64,000 nucleotides of DNA, from contig CM022665.1 in assembly GCA_012295275.1 (NCBI GenBank), forward strand, positions 13,392,001 to 13,456,000. The letters are read 5' to 3'. The notes under the pieces were generated by a model. It saw only the letters and a list, made by a program, of their open reading frames with translations. It made no database searches and was not told where the DNA came from. The DNA comes from Chrysomallon squamiferum (taxonomy: Eukaryota; Animalia; Mollusca). Positions 1-13,500 of the stretch are shown piece after piece. The position numbers and the translations under genes are program-made. The stretch's first letter is position 1. Each line of letters opens with the position of its first letter.

Positions 1-44
1 TTAACATATGTCATTTATAAGTATTATAGTGAAAATATAACAAC

Positions 45-143
45 CTTTGCAACATTATCTGCTTCTGGTGCTGGACCATAACTTAAATTTTTGAAGATGC
101 TTTCGACATTCGAACACTGCTGTGTAACACCGGAGGCAGCCAT
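45..143 (-). CDS. ALDH16A1: Aldehyde dehydrogenase family 16 member A1, first coding exon (gene continues off the left edge)
   Basis: ATG at 143 reads MAASGVTQQCSNVESIFKNLSYGPAPEADNVAK, then a GT donor (AAG|gttgtt). IFxxLxYGPxPE matches the ALDH16A1 N-terminus as I recall it (human IFTSLEYGPVPES). Head-to-head with PIH1D1, as in human. Confidence 0.85.
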
Positions 144-540
144 GTTAACCTGGCTGAATGTTATTAATAGAAGTTTTCGGCCAATGTCGGTAAAAAGGTC
201 AAGGAATGGTTTAACCTACTTTTACCGAATGTTCGAATGGAAGAATATTATTTTTATTTTTATAATGAAAGAGGTCGAAATCATATTTAAGTTTAATAGT
301 GATTTTATTTTTATAAATTTTATTTTCCTCAAATTTCATTTCGCATTTGATATTTTGACATTATGTTAAAAGCAAAAATATAACGATTGAACAATTGGAG
401 GAAAATAATAAAGATATAACGTTGCTAGGCCAAGGTCATTTCATATTGTTATGGTCGCTTCTATGGGTTTGGTGCGTGAGAAATAATATTTTGAATTTGA
501 AGGCATATTTCTTTAGATTATAATAAATCTGTATGCAAAC
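144..540. promoter_or_regulatory. Bidirectional promoter/5'UTR region of ALDH16A1 and PIH1D1
   Basis: About 400 bp between divergent ATGs, locally CpG-richer. GTTGCTAGG (RFX half-site-like) at 421-429, CCAAGGTCA (NR5A/ERR-type) at 430-438, and a YY1-like AACATGGCTGCC over the ALDH16A1 ATG. Motif function is inferred. Confidence 0.65.
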
Positions 541-3500
541 ATGACTTCAAACGTACTGGAACCAGATTCAAATGAATCGGAGGCCCTTTTTAGTAAACTG
601 ATGATGCAAATGGTAAATAATTAGTTTATAACTCAGTTTGCTGTCATTTCGTTGTTTTTTATTTTCGACATTGGTATAAATTAGATAAAATTTTACATAG
701 TTACTTTGGTTGTTGATAAAAAAAAACCACCAAAAAAACCATTGATAAATAAAACGTGGCAGCAAACGTGCTACACTAAACATTAATTTACGGCAAAGTT
801 ACATCTTAGAAATAAGAAATATCAGTTAAAGATATCAATATTTTTATTCCTTACATGTATATTTGCTTATTAATTTTCTTATTATTTTTGTACGTAGGTA
901 TAAGACAACTAAGTCGTTTAATGTAAAATTAAAATAAAATTTGTTTTCTAGGCACAGAAGCCAGATTCATATGACATGGATCCAAATACAACAATTGTGG
1001 GTGGTGTCCCTTGTGTAAAGGTTATTCCACAGCCAGGTAACAAATACAGTGACAGCTGTGTGTTTATATGATTATCATGTGTTACACTGCACAGATAATA
1101 ACATATAAGCTATATACTACTGGAGCAATATATTATTTCAATTTATATTTTGAGATTTTTATATATAATGAGGTGGATCTACAGAATTTAACATCATGTT
1201 GACAGTTGAATCTGGAGTTGTTTGATTTGCTAAGCATTCAACAATTCTGGTGGGCTTATGGGTTTGCAAAACCAAGAAAGCCGAACCAAAATAGCTCAGA
1301 CAATAGTTAAGTTCAAGACTCAAGAAATTTTATTTTTTAGTACTGATGTCACAGTTGTGATACACAGTTTCTGAGTATGTCCCACATATAAATGCATATA
1401 CTCTATAGACCTGTTTAAATACTAGTATATTAATATAATAATAACAATATTTTTAGGCTTCTGTATCAAAACAAGCAACAAGGATAAAGAAAAAATGTTC
1501 ATCAATGTCTGCACTTCTGAAAATGTGAGTTGCATTTCTAGTGAAATTTTTTGCTGTTTTTTCATTTTTCTTTAAAGATAATAAAAATTTGGTTTTTTTT
1601 TAATTGATAAAATATATATATATATATATATATATTTTAAACTATTTTACAAGGTGTCATTATTGCAGAATAAACTGTTTTAAACATTTTACTCTGCATT
1701 TTTTAATCATCAAAAACATTTTAAATTGATTCTACTATTTATGTATTTATCTATTTGCTATATGAAATATTTTGGGAAGCATACATGAGTTTATGTCAAA
1801 GAATTTTATAATTAATTGATTTCCTGTAGGTGCCAGAAGCAAAGGATATCACAGAACAAGAATTGATTGCTCTGCTTCAGTCTGATGATCCAACTGGTTT
1901 CAGAATTCCTATGAGTATTGGAGAACCTCATGCCGAGGTTGACAAAAGTAAGTTTTTTGTCACCTGTAATTATTTATAATACGGATCTACACTTTGTTAA
2001 ACCAAAAAAACTTTATTAAAAAATTGTTTTCTTTTTCTTTTCTTTTTTTGTATTTGTCAAAAAAATTTACTATTATAATGCAGTATTGTATTTAATTTAT
2101 TTTGTACATGCTACAAGTTTTACTGAATGTTTTTACTTCAGATTTTCTCTGTAAATCTTTTTGTAGTTTTTCCATGAGAATTCTGAATAAAAGATATTTT
2201 ACCTTCATTAGAAATAGGCCTATTAAAGTTCTAAATTTTATTGTTTTAACATTATTTAAACCAAATTTATTTATTTATTTATTTATTATTTTAAATTTAA
2301 ATTTAATATTAACTTTTATATTTTTATTTTTTTATTTTCAATTTATCCAGTTTGCTCTACCAGTATATTAGTGATAACATGTAATATGCTCTTACATTTT
2401 CAAATAATTTAAGAGCTATTCAGTTTTATCTGGATACACCAATTTATACCATATGATGATAATTATTTTCTGTTTTAATCCGTTTCTATATTTTACTGGT
2501 CATAAATAAAAACTGACATTAACTAGTGCTAATTACAGTATAGTCTATTGAAATAAAAAATGTTTTCATTTATTGTAGGTGGCAAAGGCTGTACAGCATA
2601 TGACATTGTTGTTAATCCAAAGTTTTACACAAAGATTAAAACTAATGGTACTTTTAGAACATTCTTCCTTCAAGTCATGGTTGAAGGCATTGAAAACAAA
2701 TTCAACATTGAAATTAATCCAGGTTTGTCGGAGTAATATTTTTTATGATTCATGATCTAGAATATATATGACCTGTGTTAGTTGCAGAAATGTCTTTTTC
2801 TACAAAGAATTTATAATGTATGTTTGTGTGTGTAGTGTGTGTGTGTGTGTGTTTGTGTGTATTATTCAACGAATAATGGGGAAGAATGTAATTCATCAGT
2901 AGAGTGCTTACTTGAGTTTTACAGGATCATCCCTACTTGTTGCATCTGGTCTTTTTCCAGTTCCAACTAGTTCTTGGAAACTGATTTATCAAATATCCTG
3001 ATAGATGATTTATTTTCATAGGGAAGGTTTGTATAATAATATGGCTTACAGCTACTCTATAAAAGGGATATAGTGAGTTTCCTTTCATACATTAAAAATT
3101 TACCTAATGAATACTAGCATATTAATGTATTCAAATGTCAGTAAATGTATATTTGTTCATTCAAGTGTATAAATATATATGTCTATGTGTGAACAGAAAT
3201 ATATTCAAACAAACACCAATTTTGAAAGTAAAAAAACAGTAACTTTTATTAATTCATACAACTAGATTTTTTTTATTATTTTTATACATTTCTTTCTTCA
3301 GAATATGTTGTTTTGAAGAATCGGAAATCTGTTGGGACTCTTTTGGAGCAAAATATTAGAAAAGAATCTAAACCGTTCATAATGGAAATGGAAGAGTATG
3401 TTTTTTATCAGCTGTTGTAATGTTATTTTTGTAAGAAGAAGATGTATGTACTTTTTGCTGCATAAGTGTTTGTAGGGGGGGTTATTTAGTTAGAAATCAT

Positions 3501-5203
3501 TAATATTGTTCAAATAATTTTCAGTTCAAGATAACATAATAATTACTTAGATTTATACTAAAGTAATTTATTTAAAACAATTCTTGTATGATCTGATAGG
3601 ATGATCTGGATCCTTATTCAGAATATTGTATTGTATGATGTCCTGTTGATGGCTTCATAAATGAAACAAATATTTTGAAACAAGAAGATATGTAGTGATG
3701 ATACTGCATATTTCTTTTTATATAATGTAAAAATGCTACAAACTGTAAGTTAGCAAATGAAAGAATCTTAAGCATTGCTCTTTCTGTTTCTTCTTTTTTG
3801 GGGGGCATTTTAAATTTATTTTGTGCCTTTTTACTTTTTCACAGTGAGAGAGCACGAAAAGCAGACACAACAGCAAACAAACCATTAATAGAAGAAGTTA
3901 TATCTCCAGAGGTTAAAAAGTTAGTTTTTATCTGTACACTCAGTATTCAACAGTTGTTTTAATATTACATAATTCTTTAAAGATAAGATTAATATTATAC
4001 ATTATTTATTTATTGATACTTTTTAAGTAATTTTTAAAATATTTTTATGAATCAATTGATTACCAGTGTAATAACTACTGAAATATAAACTATAGCATCA
4101 TTCAAATATTCCTGCACTAATAAAAAAATTACAGTTTTTGTTTTCAGATTATAAATATTAATTAGATTTATATTTTTTAATTTATATATATATTTTTTTA
4201 GTAAGTATGGGGTACTTGTAAAATATTTGACAATCAGCTATGGCATAAATGTTGAATGTTATTTTTCATTTCATCTTTTTCAAAAGAGGTGCTGAGCCAA
4301 AGTTTACTATTATACAGGAACCACCAGAAGGTCATCCCGAGTTCCTAGTAGCAGAAATTCACCTCCCTCTAATAGTAAGTTGTCATTGTTTATTTATTTT
4401 ATTTTGCTTCTAAAAGGTTGTTTTGTTTTGCTTTCTGAGGGTTTTTTAAAATTATATTTCATTTTCCATAACTGAGTATTCAGATATTTCCAAATGCCAT
4501 TTAAATATAATTGTTTTAAAATTAAAAGTGCCCTTTTCAGTCACTGCTATTTTTTTTTTTTTTTTCATTCTTTATATATATATTGCAACAAATTAATTAG
4601 AAAATTTTTTTTTTTTTTTTTTAATTAACTAGAAAACATCAAACTCTTTAACATTGGATGTGGGAGAAGATCGTATATTGTTGGATACGAGATCCAATGT
4701 GTATTATCTTGACATATACCTACCATACGATATCATGCAGGCAGAATGTGGATCTCAGTTTAATAGAGAAACAAAGGTAAACAAATGAATTAACAGAGCA
4801 GAATAACTGAGGCAGTTTATACTGATTTACTACTCTATATCTGTTAGAAATAAATGATGCAAATAACAGTGCACACTGGACAAAAGAAATAAGTATTGAT
4901 TAAAAATTACATAGCATGAATTTTTTTTTAACAAAAATTAAATAAAAGTAGTTATTAAAAAAGAGAGACAGTTATTGGTACAAATAAAAAATAGACTGTT
5001 CTTCAGCCTCAGATACCTTTTTTTTCCTTTTATGTATTTTATTTTAGATGTTAAGCTGTATTTATATGTTATCTCTGTTCTATCCTATTATAATAGATAA
5101 TTTTTTAAATAAAGCCTTAAAATATATTATTCTGATTATATATATATATATTTTTTTTTTTCAGATATTAACAATTACTATGCCAGTACAGCCTGCCACC
5201 TAA
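541..5203 (+). CDS. PIH1D1: PIH1 domain-containing protein 1 (R2TP co-chaperone subunit), 10 exons, about 308 aa
   Basis: Exons 541-612, 952-1036, 1457-1524, 1830-1947, 2579-2722, 3302-3395, 3845-3919, 4287-4374, 4633-4776, 5165-5203; all GT-AG and phase-consistent. Motifs PQPGFCIKT..KMFINVC, FRIPMSIGEPHAEVDK, GCTAYDIVVN, LKNRK, and a C-terminal CS domain (LDVGEDRI..LTITMPV). Confidence 0.95.
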
Positions 5204-5869
5204 CAGAAGATTTGATATAATTATGTGATCCTACACATACAATGACGTCAGAATATATGTAGATATATATATATTGACGTACTGACATCATAATGATGGT
5301 ACCTATATACTGACAGTGGATGCAATGTAAATAAAATTACAAACACAATGGGATAGCAGATGTACAAATAATGTACGTTGATGATAGAATGGCTACTACA
5401 TCTGTATTACTGTTCATCATTTGGATTTACAGCAACTTGATTGATCTTTTATCAATAAAATGTTTGTTAAAAGTTGTTTTTGTTAAATTATAATTTAGAA
5501 CTGTGGAAACATCTTTAACATTAGTAACCAAAAATTGTAATTAAATGTTACATGTTTATATAGAGGACATGATCATTAAATAATTATTAATTCCAACAAT
5601 TAAAAACTGAAACAATACATTTAATTAAATACACATTTTTAGCCATACAAAAGAACACACATGTATGTCATTCATTCTAAAATAATAAACCCAAATAAAA
5701 GTACATGTACACAGACTCCCTATTAAGATTTCATTTACACTCAAAGATCCTAATATTTTTCCTCTAGCCTTGAGATTAATAATCATGAAATATGTGTTAC
5801 TGTACATTTAAAACAAAGTTAAGTCATAGTTGGATTTTCCAGTAATATTTATTCATGATCATAACAACT

Positions 5870-5870
<1 letters not shown>

Positions 5871-5904
<34 letters not shown>

Positions 5905-6008
5905 AGGAAGAAAACCAACATAATTTCTTTCTCTCTCTTTTTTTTTTTTTTTTTTTTTTTTCAATTTACTTAAATTAAGTAAAATTGATAAAAAAAAAAA
6001 AAAAAAAG
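5871..6008. repeat. Poly(dA:dT) tract cluster upstream of MTCH2
   Basis: Runs of roughly A30, T23 and A18 within 140 bp. Confidence 0.8.
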
Positions 6009-6406
6009 ATGAAGAGAAACTATGACTGACACAAGTAAGCGGGTTGAACACTTTCAGCACAGTTAATCAATTTGCTTTAATAATAAATAATAACTAAATA
6101 AGCTTTCAATTTTATTTTTAATAAAATCAAAAATGGACTGAAAAAGATATCCCATTATGCTAAATATAGTTTACTGTTTATCTGTACGTGTGAGAGTAAT
6201 ATGCTGAAGGTCTGCAGACGAGATAAATAGAAATTTCACTGAGTATGGGTATGGAGAACTCTTTTTACGTGCCCACGTCCAATTCAAGGTTCGGGAGAAA
6301 TTTCACTGACTATATAATGTATCGCAAAGCCCTTTTTATAGACTTTGCATTTCTGATGTAACATCAATTCTGATTAGAGTTACCACCCCTCTTCCTAAGA
6401 TCCAAG

Positions 6407-9400
6407 ATGTCAGCGCTTATCGCAGCTCAGTATGGAGCAGGTGCTTTGGTTACCGGTCTTATGCACCCTCTCGGGTATGCAAAAGTTTTAATTCAAGTGA
6501 GTAATCAAAATAAATCTATTGACAATTTTTGCACATTGATACGGATTTATTATATTTTGAGTTTTGCCAGTGCATTACATGTAAACCTGCAAATTATTTT
6601 CATCTTTTCTTCTTTTTTTTTCATGTGAATTATTTCCGGAAAAATAGTTGCATGTAGTTTAGTTGCTGGGATGGGTTTCTGTGCACTTTTAAAAACTGAT
6701 ATTGACTGAACCTACTTATAATAGCCGAAAAGACCCATTTAAATTAAATCACTAACAATAAATCGGATAATCATAATCATCATTACTAAGTTTACTTCTG
6801 AAATTTGGCCTTTATTAGTTTATAAACTTGAAACTGCAAAGTCACACTAACACTAACAGAAAGAAAATTGTTATAAATTTTTACAATTTTTATTTTTATT
6901 TTGTAAAATAATGATCTGTATTTTATTTATGCTTTAACATACGTTTTTAAAAGTTTAAAATACATATTTAGTAAAGAGAAAACATTAAATTTACAGATTA
7001 AAACAGTTTAGAATTTCTTCTGTTATGACACCATAACTATAATTAGCTGAGATTAAATTTTAATTGGTTACAGATAATAATGTCATAAGCTATAAAACAA
7101 AACCAAACAAAAATGTTGGTTATAATTGGGGTTTTCTTTGATGTATTGATTTTTATAACGTCATATTTCAGTTTATTCAGGAATTAAAAACTAAATTAAA
7201 CGACAGCATCTGTTTTCTCTTTCTCTTTTTTTGTTTTAACCAATTTTTACCAAGTTATATATGTATATAAATGATTTTCGAGATGATTTTAATTAGTTTT
7301 TCACTATTTTTTTAAGTGTTTCTCTTTCTGTTGTTTTTAGGTTGGATATGAACCTCTGCAACCAATACCATCAGTTTCCATCTTTGGAAAGGAATCTTAT
7401 GTTTATCCAAACATCTTTCAGTATAGTAAGAAAACTATTTGACAAAGGAAAATTCCTTAACAACAGTTGGAACATAATTTAATAATACAATAATAATGAT
7501 GTTTATAAGATACCTTGTTAAAATAGATATCAGCAATCCATTATTTTAAATCCAAAAAGATTCCAAAACCAATTTGTAAATTATTTTTATTAGTAGTAAT
7601 ATTTAAAACATGACTTGTATAATTTCAGACCGATTTAGTTTAATATGTGTATCTTACACGTTTTAATGAATGTCTTTTTATTTATTTATTTTCTTTTCTT
7701 TTATTTTATTTTTATTAAATCTTAGATTTTGGAGATTTTAGTTTTAGATCTCAAATTTTGTAATTGCTTGGTTTGCTTAACAACAGCTACTAATCTTTTA
7801 TAAGTATTTTCCTGTAATCATAAATTTTAAATTTTATTTCATTTTTAATATTTTGTTCTATTTATTTATAATGCTGCTTATAGAATGCACAGAACAAACT
7901 TGATATTCAGGTTTGCAGTGTTTGTGTTATGATGATATAACTGTATAAGTATAATCTATGTTAGTATTTTAATCTGTTTATAGTGAAACATTTGAAAAAA
8001 ACTGATGGTTTTTGGGGTTTGTACAGAGGTGTGTTTCCCAGAGTTATCTCTGGAACCATTGGCAATGTTGTACAGAACACTGTTATGGAAGTAAGTTATG
8101 CACAAAAGTAATGTACCAACTAGTTTTTATTTTAATTTTTTTAATTTTTTTGAAACTCGGTACTTAATAGAAATATAAGGGTCAGCATATTCTTTCTGTA
8201 AAAATGTTTAGGAAAGTATAACAGAATTATTAAATTTGCTTGGAGAAACAAATTTCCCACAAGATGATACATTTGCTTAAATCATTAATGTCAAATTTGA
8301 AAAAAAGATATTTTGTATTTAAAAGTTATTTTAAATTTTCACTTATAATAAGGAAAAAATTTGAATTTATTTCAGAAATTCAAGGAATCCAATTCAAATG
8401 AAAACAGATCTCTAACCAACAGTAGTGATGAACTGATGGTGTGGTTGAACTCATTCTGTAAAGAGGTATGGAAATACATATAAGCAAAGGCCAGATTATT
8501 CAGTAAACAAACGAAACACAAGTGACACATATTTACACTGTCTGAGATAAACCTAGCAGTGTACTTGGGTTTTAATCTGCCAAAGCAGTTAAAGTCTACT
8601 GGTATTTTGTAAAGACTAAGTACATGTGAAAATCATGGATATGTCCTACAACATGTTTTGATGCTTCATTCCAATATCTTCAGTCATGCAAAAAATTTCC
8701 AGTTTGAGATTTTTTAATTTTTAATTTTTATTTATCCTCCACCTTAAAATGTACATAATCCTGAAATATTATGCAGTAATAACTTAATAAGCTACATTTA
8801 TTTACCCATTTTCTGATAGGACGTCAAGTATCAAACTGGAAATGGTAAACCCTGTAGAAGAAAAGTTGTGTTTAAACTGAATAGTTTCTTTTCCTCTTAT
8901 GAGTGTTGCTGGTTATTTTGATGACAAAAACTTGCTAGAAAAAATTATGGACTTTTAGTTAGAGTTATTAAAACATTGCTCAACTTGGAAAGTTTGATGC
9001 TGATTTTACACAAATGGTTGATTATGTAACTCAGAGTTGCATATCTTTGTCTTTTATTCATCTTTTTTCTCTTCTTTTAGCTAAATAGTAACATAATTTT
9101 GTCAAATGTGTCCAGTATTCAAGATTGTCCTGTTTACCATCAGATTTTGTTTACTTACCAATGATTTTTTATTTCAATCTGTGTTATATTTAAACCTTCA
9201 TTTAAAGTAGGTAGTGGCAGACAGCTAAATTTGTTTTTTTGTTTTTTTTAAATAGGCTTTAAACTTGAATTAGAATATATTGCAATGAATTTATGCCCAA
9301 TGTTCTTGTATAATTTGAAAGTTTCTTCAGTTTCCTTCTGAATGGTATTCCAAACTAAGTTGCATTTTTTAGTGCTGAAATGATTGTGATATCAACAGTG

Positions 9401-10477
9401 ATGGCCTTACATACTTGTCTTTTATTTTGTTTAGGAGTGAAACAAAATATGCTTAAAATTTTAAAATAATGTTTGTAGTTTAGCTGTTGAACTTCAGGAG
9501 GTTTTCTGGCAATCTCACCTCAGGCTACCAGCTTATAGCTCCTACTTGTATCATTTTCAGTGTTAATTATCAAAACACATCATCTTATTTTAATTCAGAT
9601 GATCCAGGTTGTAACAAGAAAGTCAAGAAATATACTTGATTTCATTATTATTACAGCAACAAAATGTAGATTTGTCCAGAATGCGATTTTGAAGGTAACT
9701 GAAAAGTACAAGATCAAAATACAACTTAAAATCACAAGTGCATATACTGTATGTGTCTGATTAACTGTTAGATGTTTTTGGATGTGAAATTGTTATAATG
9801 TTTGTTCAAAATATGCAAATTTCTAGTCTAGTACTAGTGTTGCATGCTCCTTCATAGCTATCATGTAATGGTGAAGTACAAACTCGGCTTAATATTACAC
9901 TGATCATATCTGAAATTGAACAGTTTGTCTTTTTTCACTCAAAATCTGAAGCACATCCACATAATAGTTTTTAAGTTAAGACCATTTATGTGTTCTTTTT
10001 CTTGGTGATTGTCTCTTTACATCTGCATGAATTATTTCGGACTTTTTCTCACGTTTGTAGGATTGTATCATCAAGCAGAAGACAATGATCATTGTCAAAA
10101 AAATTGCAGGTACTCTGTGTGTGCAGTACTTCCGACTTTTAAATCCCAGACAACACATCATTAGAAATGGAATGAGACACCATCAAAAATGTTTGTTGTT
10201 TTATTGCACATCTGTCATTTTTTTTGTTTATCTCATTTTCATACATTGACATTTTTTTAATATTGCATACTCAGACTTGAAAAGTTGTGAGGTATTTCTT
10301 GTTGTAGTAGTAAATGAGATCTTAGTACATGGTCACTGTCATTTGTTAATTAATTAAAATTTAAACTGATGTTTGTGATGAGTGGCTGAAAATGGCTCAT
10401 GTCACATTTACCAAAGCTGTCACATTGTCATCAGTATTCAAAATGTCCTACTGCTAAATGTAAGCTACATAACAGAA

Positions 10478-10508
<31 letters not shown>

Positions 10509-13500
10509 TTATTCCACAATTTGTGGTCAAAAGGTTTTTTAACTTACAAAAAATTTAAATAAATAAAATTTTAAAATTTTGGCTGCCACTACCTACTTAG
10601 AAATAATTTAGAAACAACATGTTACTATTTACCTCTCATTCAAGTATCATGTTTCTCTATAGGGTCATTCCGTGTCAAATCACCCAATGGGTTAAACCCG
10701 ACCATCTCAGATTTTTATGAAACTTGATATACTTGTTGACTGGGATCCCAGAGCACCAAATCTGAAATATTAGCACAATTGGATCAGTGGTGTGGAAGAT
10801 ACGGCCCACCGAATTTTGAGATTTTTGGCAAAAATGGGCGTGACCACCAACCTTAGAACCCTCATATCTCAGGAACTACAGGGCCAATCTTCATAAAATT
10901 GGTATTGTTGAAAAGGCAATATAACAAGGATTCCAAATCTGCCATTTTTGGAGTACATTGACCTTTGCTATGACCTTGAAATTGAACGTGTGGATCACGT
11001 GACCTTGAGATGACTTTTATTGAAATTTAATCTCCCACATGTTAACTAAAACATATAAAAGTTTCCTGGGTGTAATATTTTTTGTTTAGCCACAATATAG
11101 ATTTAAAAAATGCACATACATGAAAATAAAACCTTTTCAGCCATTAACATCTGATTAACTAAAACGTGATTCCTAGCATCCAGAATTGATCATTCATGTT
11201 TTAGTTAATCAGATGTTAATGGCTGAAAAGGTTTTATTTTCATGTATGTGCATTTTTTAAATCTATATTGTGGCTAAACAATAAATATTACACCCAGGAA
11301 ACTTTTATATGTTTTAGTTAACATGTGGGAGATTAAATTTCAATAAAGGTCATCTCAAGATCATGTGATCCACACGTTCAATTCCAAGGTCATAGCAAAG
11401 GTCAATAGGTCAATGTACTCCAATATTTTCCAAACTGAACAAAAATGGCAGATTTGGAATCCTTGTCATATTGCCTTTTCAACAATATCAATTTTATGAA
11501 GATTGGCCCAGTAGTTCCTGAGATATGAGGGTTCTAAGGTTGGTGGTCACGCCCATTTTTGCCAAAAATCTCAAAATTCGGTGGGCCATATCTCCCACAT
11601 AAAAATCTGAGACGGTCGGGTTTAAATTTCTTTTTTTTTTGGGTGATTTGACACGGAATGACCCTATATTTAAAAAAGTACAATAAATATGTCAGGTTTT
11701 TTTAAAATTTATTTTAATTATTTACTCATTTTCCAAATTTGTTCTGATAGTTGTGTCAGTACATAGATTATTTCTTGTGGGTTAAGAAATGCAATTTACT
11801 GAAATTATTACAGTGGTACCTTGTTCTCAGACTTAATCTGTTCCAGAAAGCTATTCAAAAAATGAATCATTTATTTCCACAAGAAATAACATAAATTGGA
11901 TTGATCCGTTCCAGAACACCTACCTCCAAATTATACATTATAAAACTTTTTAAGTAAACAAATTTACTTATTTAAATATGTGTAATAATAGTTATGTGCA
12001 TTAAATCACAAACAATAACTGTAAGCATAATAAACAGAAGGGGAGAGCAGATGGTGTAAGTAGAAGGCAGTGTTTGACAAAAAGTGGAGAGGAAGAGGTA
12101 TCTTATTATTTGTAAGGGTCACCTTGCACAAAATGTCTGGTAACTTTCTCTCTCAGTTCTTTCTCTGTTCTGCCCCTTTACACCACCAGTACAGCCTTTT
12201 TCAGACTTACTGGAAATCATTTTCTCTAAAAACCGGTCCAATGACGTTTGTTTCTGCCTGAATTTCAAAATGTTTCTGAGGTTTTCTACAGCATTGTCAC
12301 CATTTTCCACACATTACTTTGATTAGTAAACTGGCATATCCTCCCTTTCCTCCTTCCACACCATAAAACATTATGTATTGTGCTTTTATCATAGTACTTC
12401 TTATTTATTTATTTTTATTTCAGACATCTCAAGAAACAGTTGGTCGATGCCTAGGAATTGTGATCAGCCATCCTTTCCATGGTTAGTTACAATTTAGGTA
12501 TTAGTGACTGTTAACTGTTTTTGTTTTTAATATAATTCATATAATTCATGCTTTTTGTTATTTTTCTTATCATTTAATCCTTAATGTTTTTAATTTTTAA
12601 ATTTTGTATTGCAGTTATCATGATAAGATGCATGGTGCAGTTTGTAGGGAGAGAAACAAAATATGAGTAAGTGACCTTGAAAATTAAAATATATTAATAC
12701 CCATGAAGAATTTATGTCGTCTTGACTTGGTGTAATTATATTTTTATTATTTTAATAATAAAATGATTTTGAAAAAAGTCGAAAAAAAAAGGAGAGATAA
12801 AAATACAAGCCACTTGTGTCATAATTGAATTTTATTTATGGAATCGTTAGCCTGCTTATGATTAAAAATCAGTTATTTATTTATTTATTTTGTATGTGTG
12901 TCTATGTATATATTATATCTATATAATTTTTCTTATTTTTTCTTCTTATTATTTTTTTTTAGTTCCATTTTGTCATCTGTAAGTGAAATATACAGAAATG
13001 ATGGCATTCTTGGATTTTTTGCGTAAGTTTACTTACATCTGTTTTAACTTGTGTGAAATACTATTACTTGTACAAACAGTGGTAACAGATATTCATATAA
13101 CCTATCACCACTTTACATTTATTGAATATGTTAAACAAGTTAATATTCATCAGCAATTTTATTTACATTGATCTTTCAATAAATATTAAGTCAGTGGTCA
13201 TAAAATTTACTTACATTGGCAGTATAATTCTAAATGTAATAGTAAACTGGACTGTAAAATAATGTTTTATAAATGATAAAAATTGTAATATTTACATTGT
13301 TTCCAGAGTTTCATAATGTTTTATACTGGTTGGGTTTGTAAATATTTTGAGTAAGGAATAGGAGATGTGTTTTATTTGTATAGATTGGGGGGGGGTAATG
13401 AATATTTAATTTTGTTTTTAATGTATTTACACTGACATAAAAAGAAGTATTGATATGTTTTTATAGCTCTGAAAAATTTAATTTTAGTTTTTAAAAAGTT

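Noticed and set aside
1341-1378. C/D snoRNA-like TGATG...CTGA with a short terminal stem
   Set aside because: Under 40 nt and the C box is imperfect.
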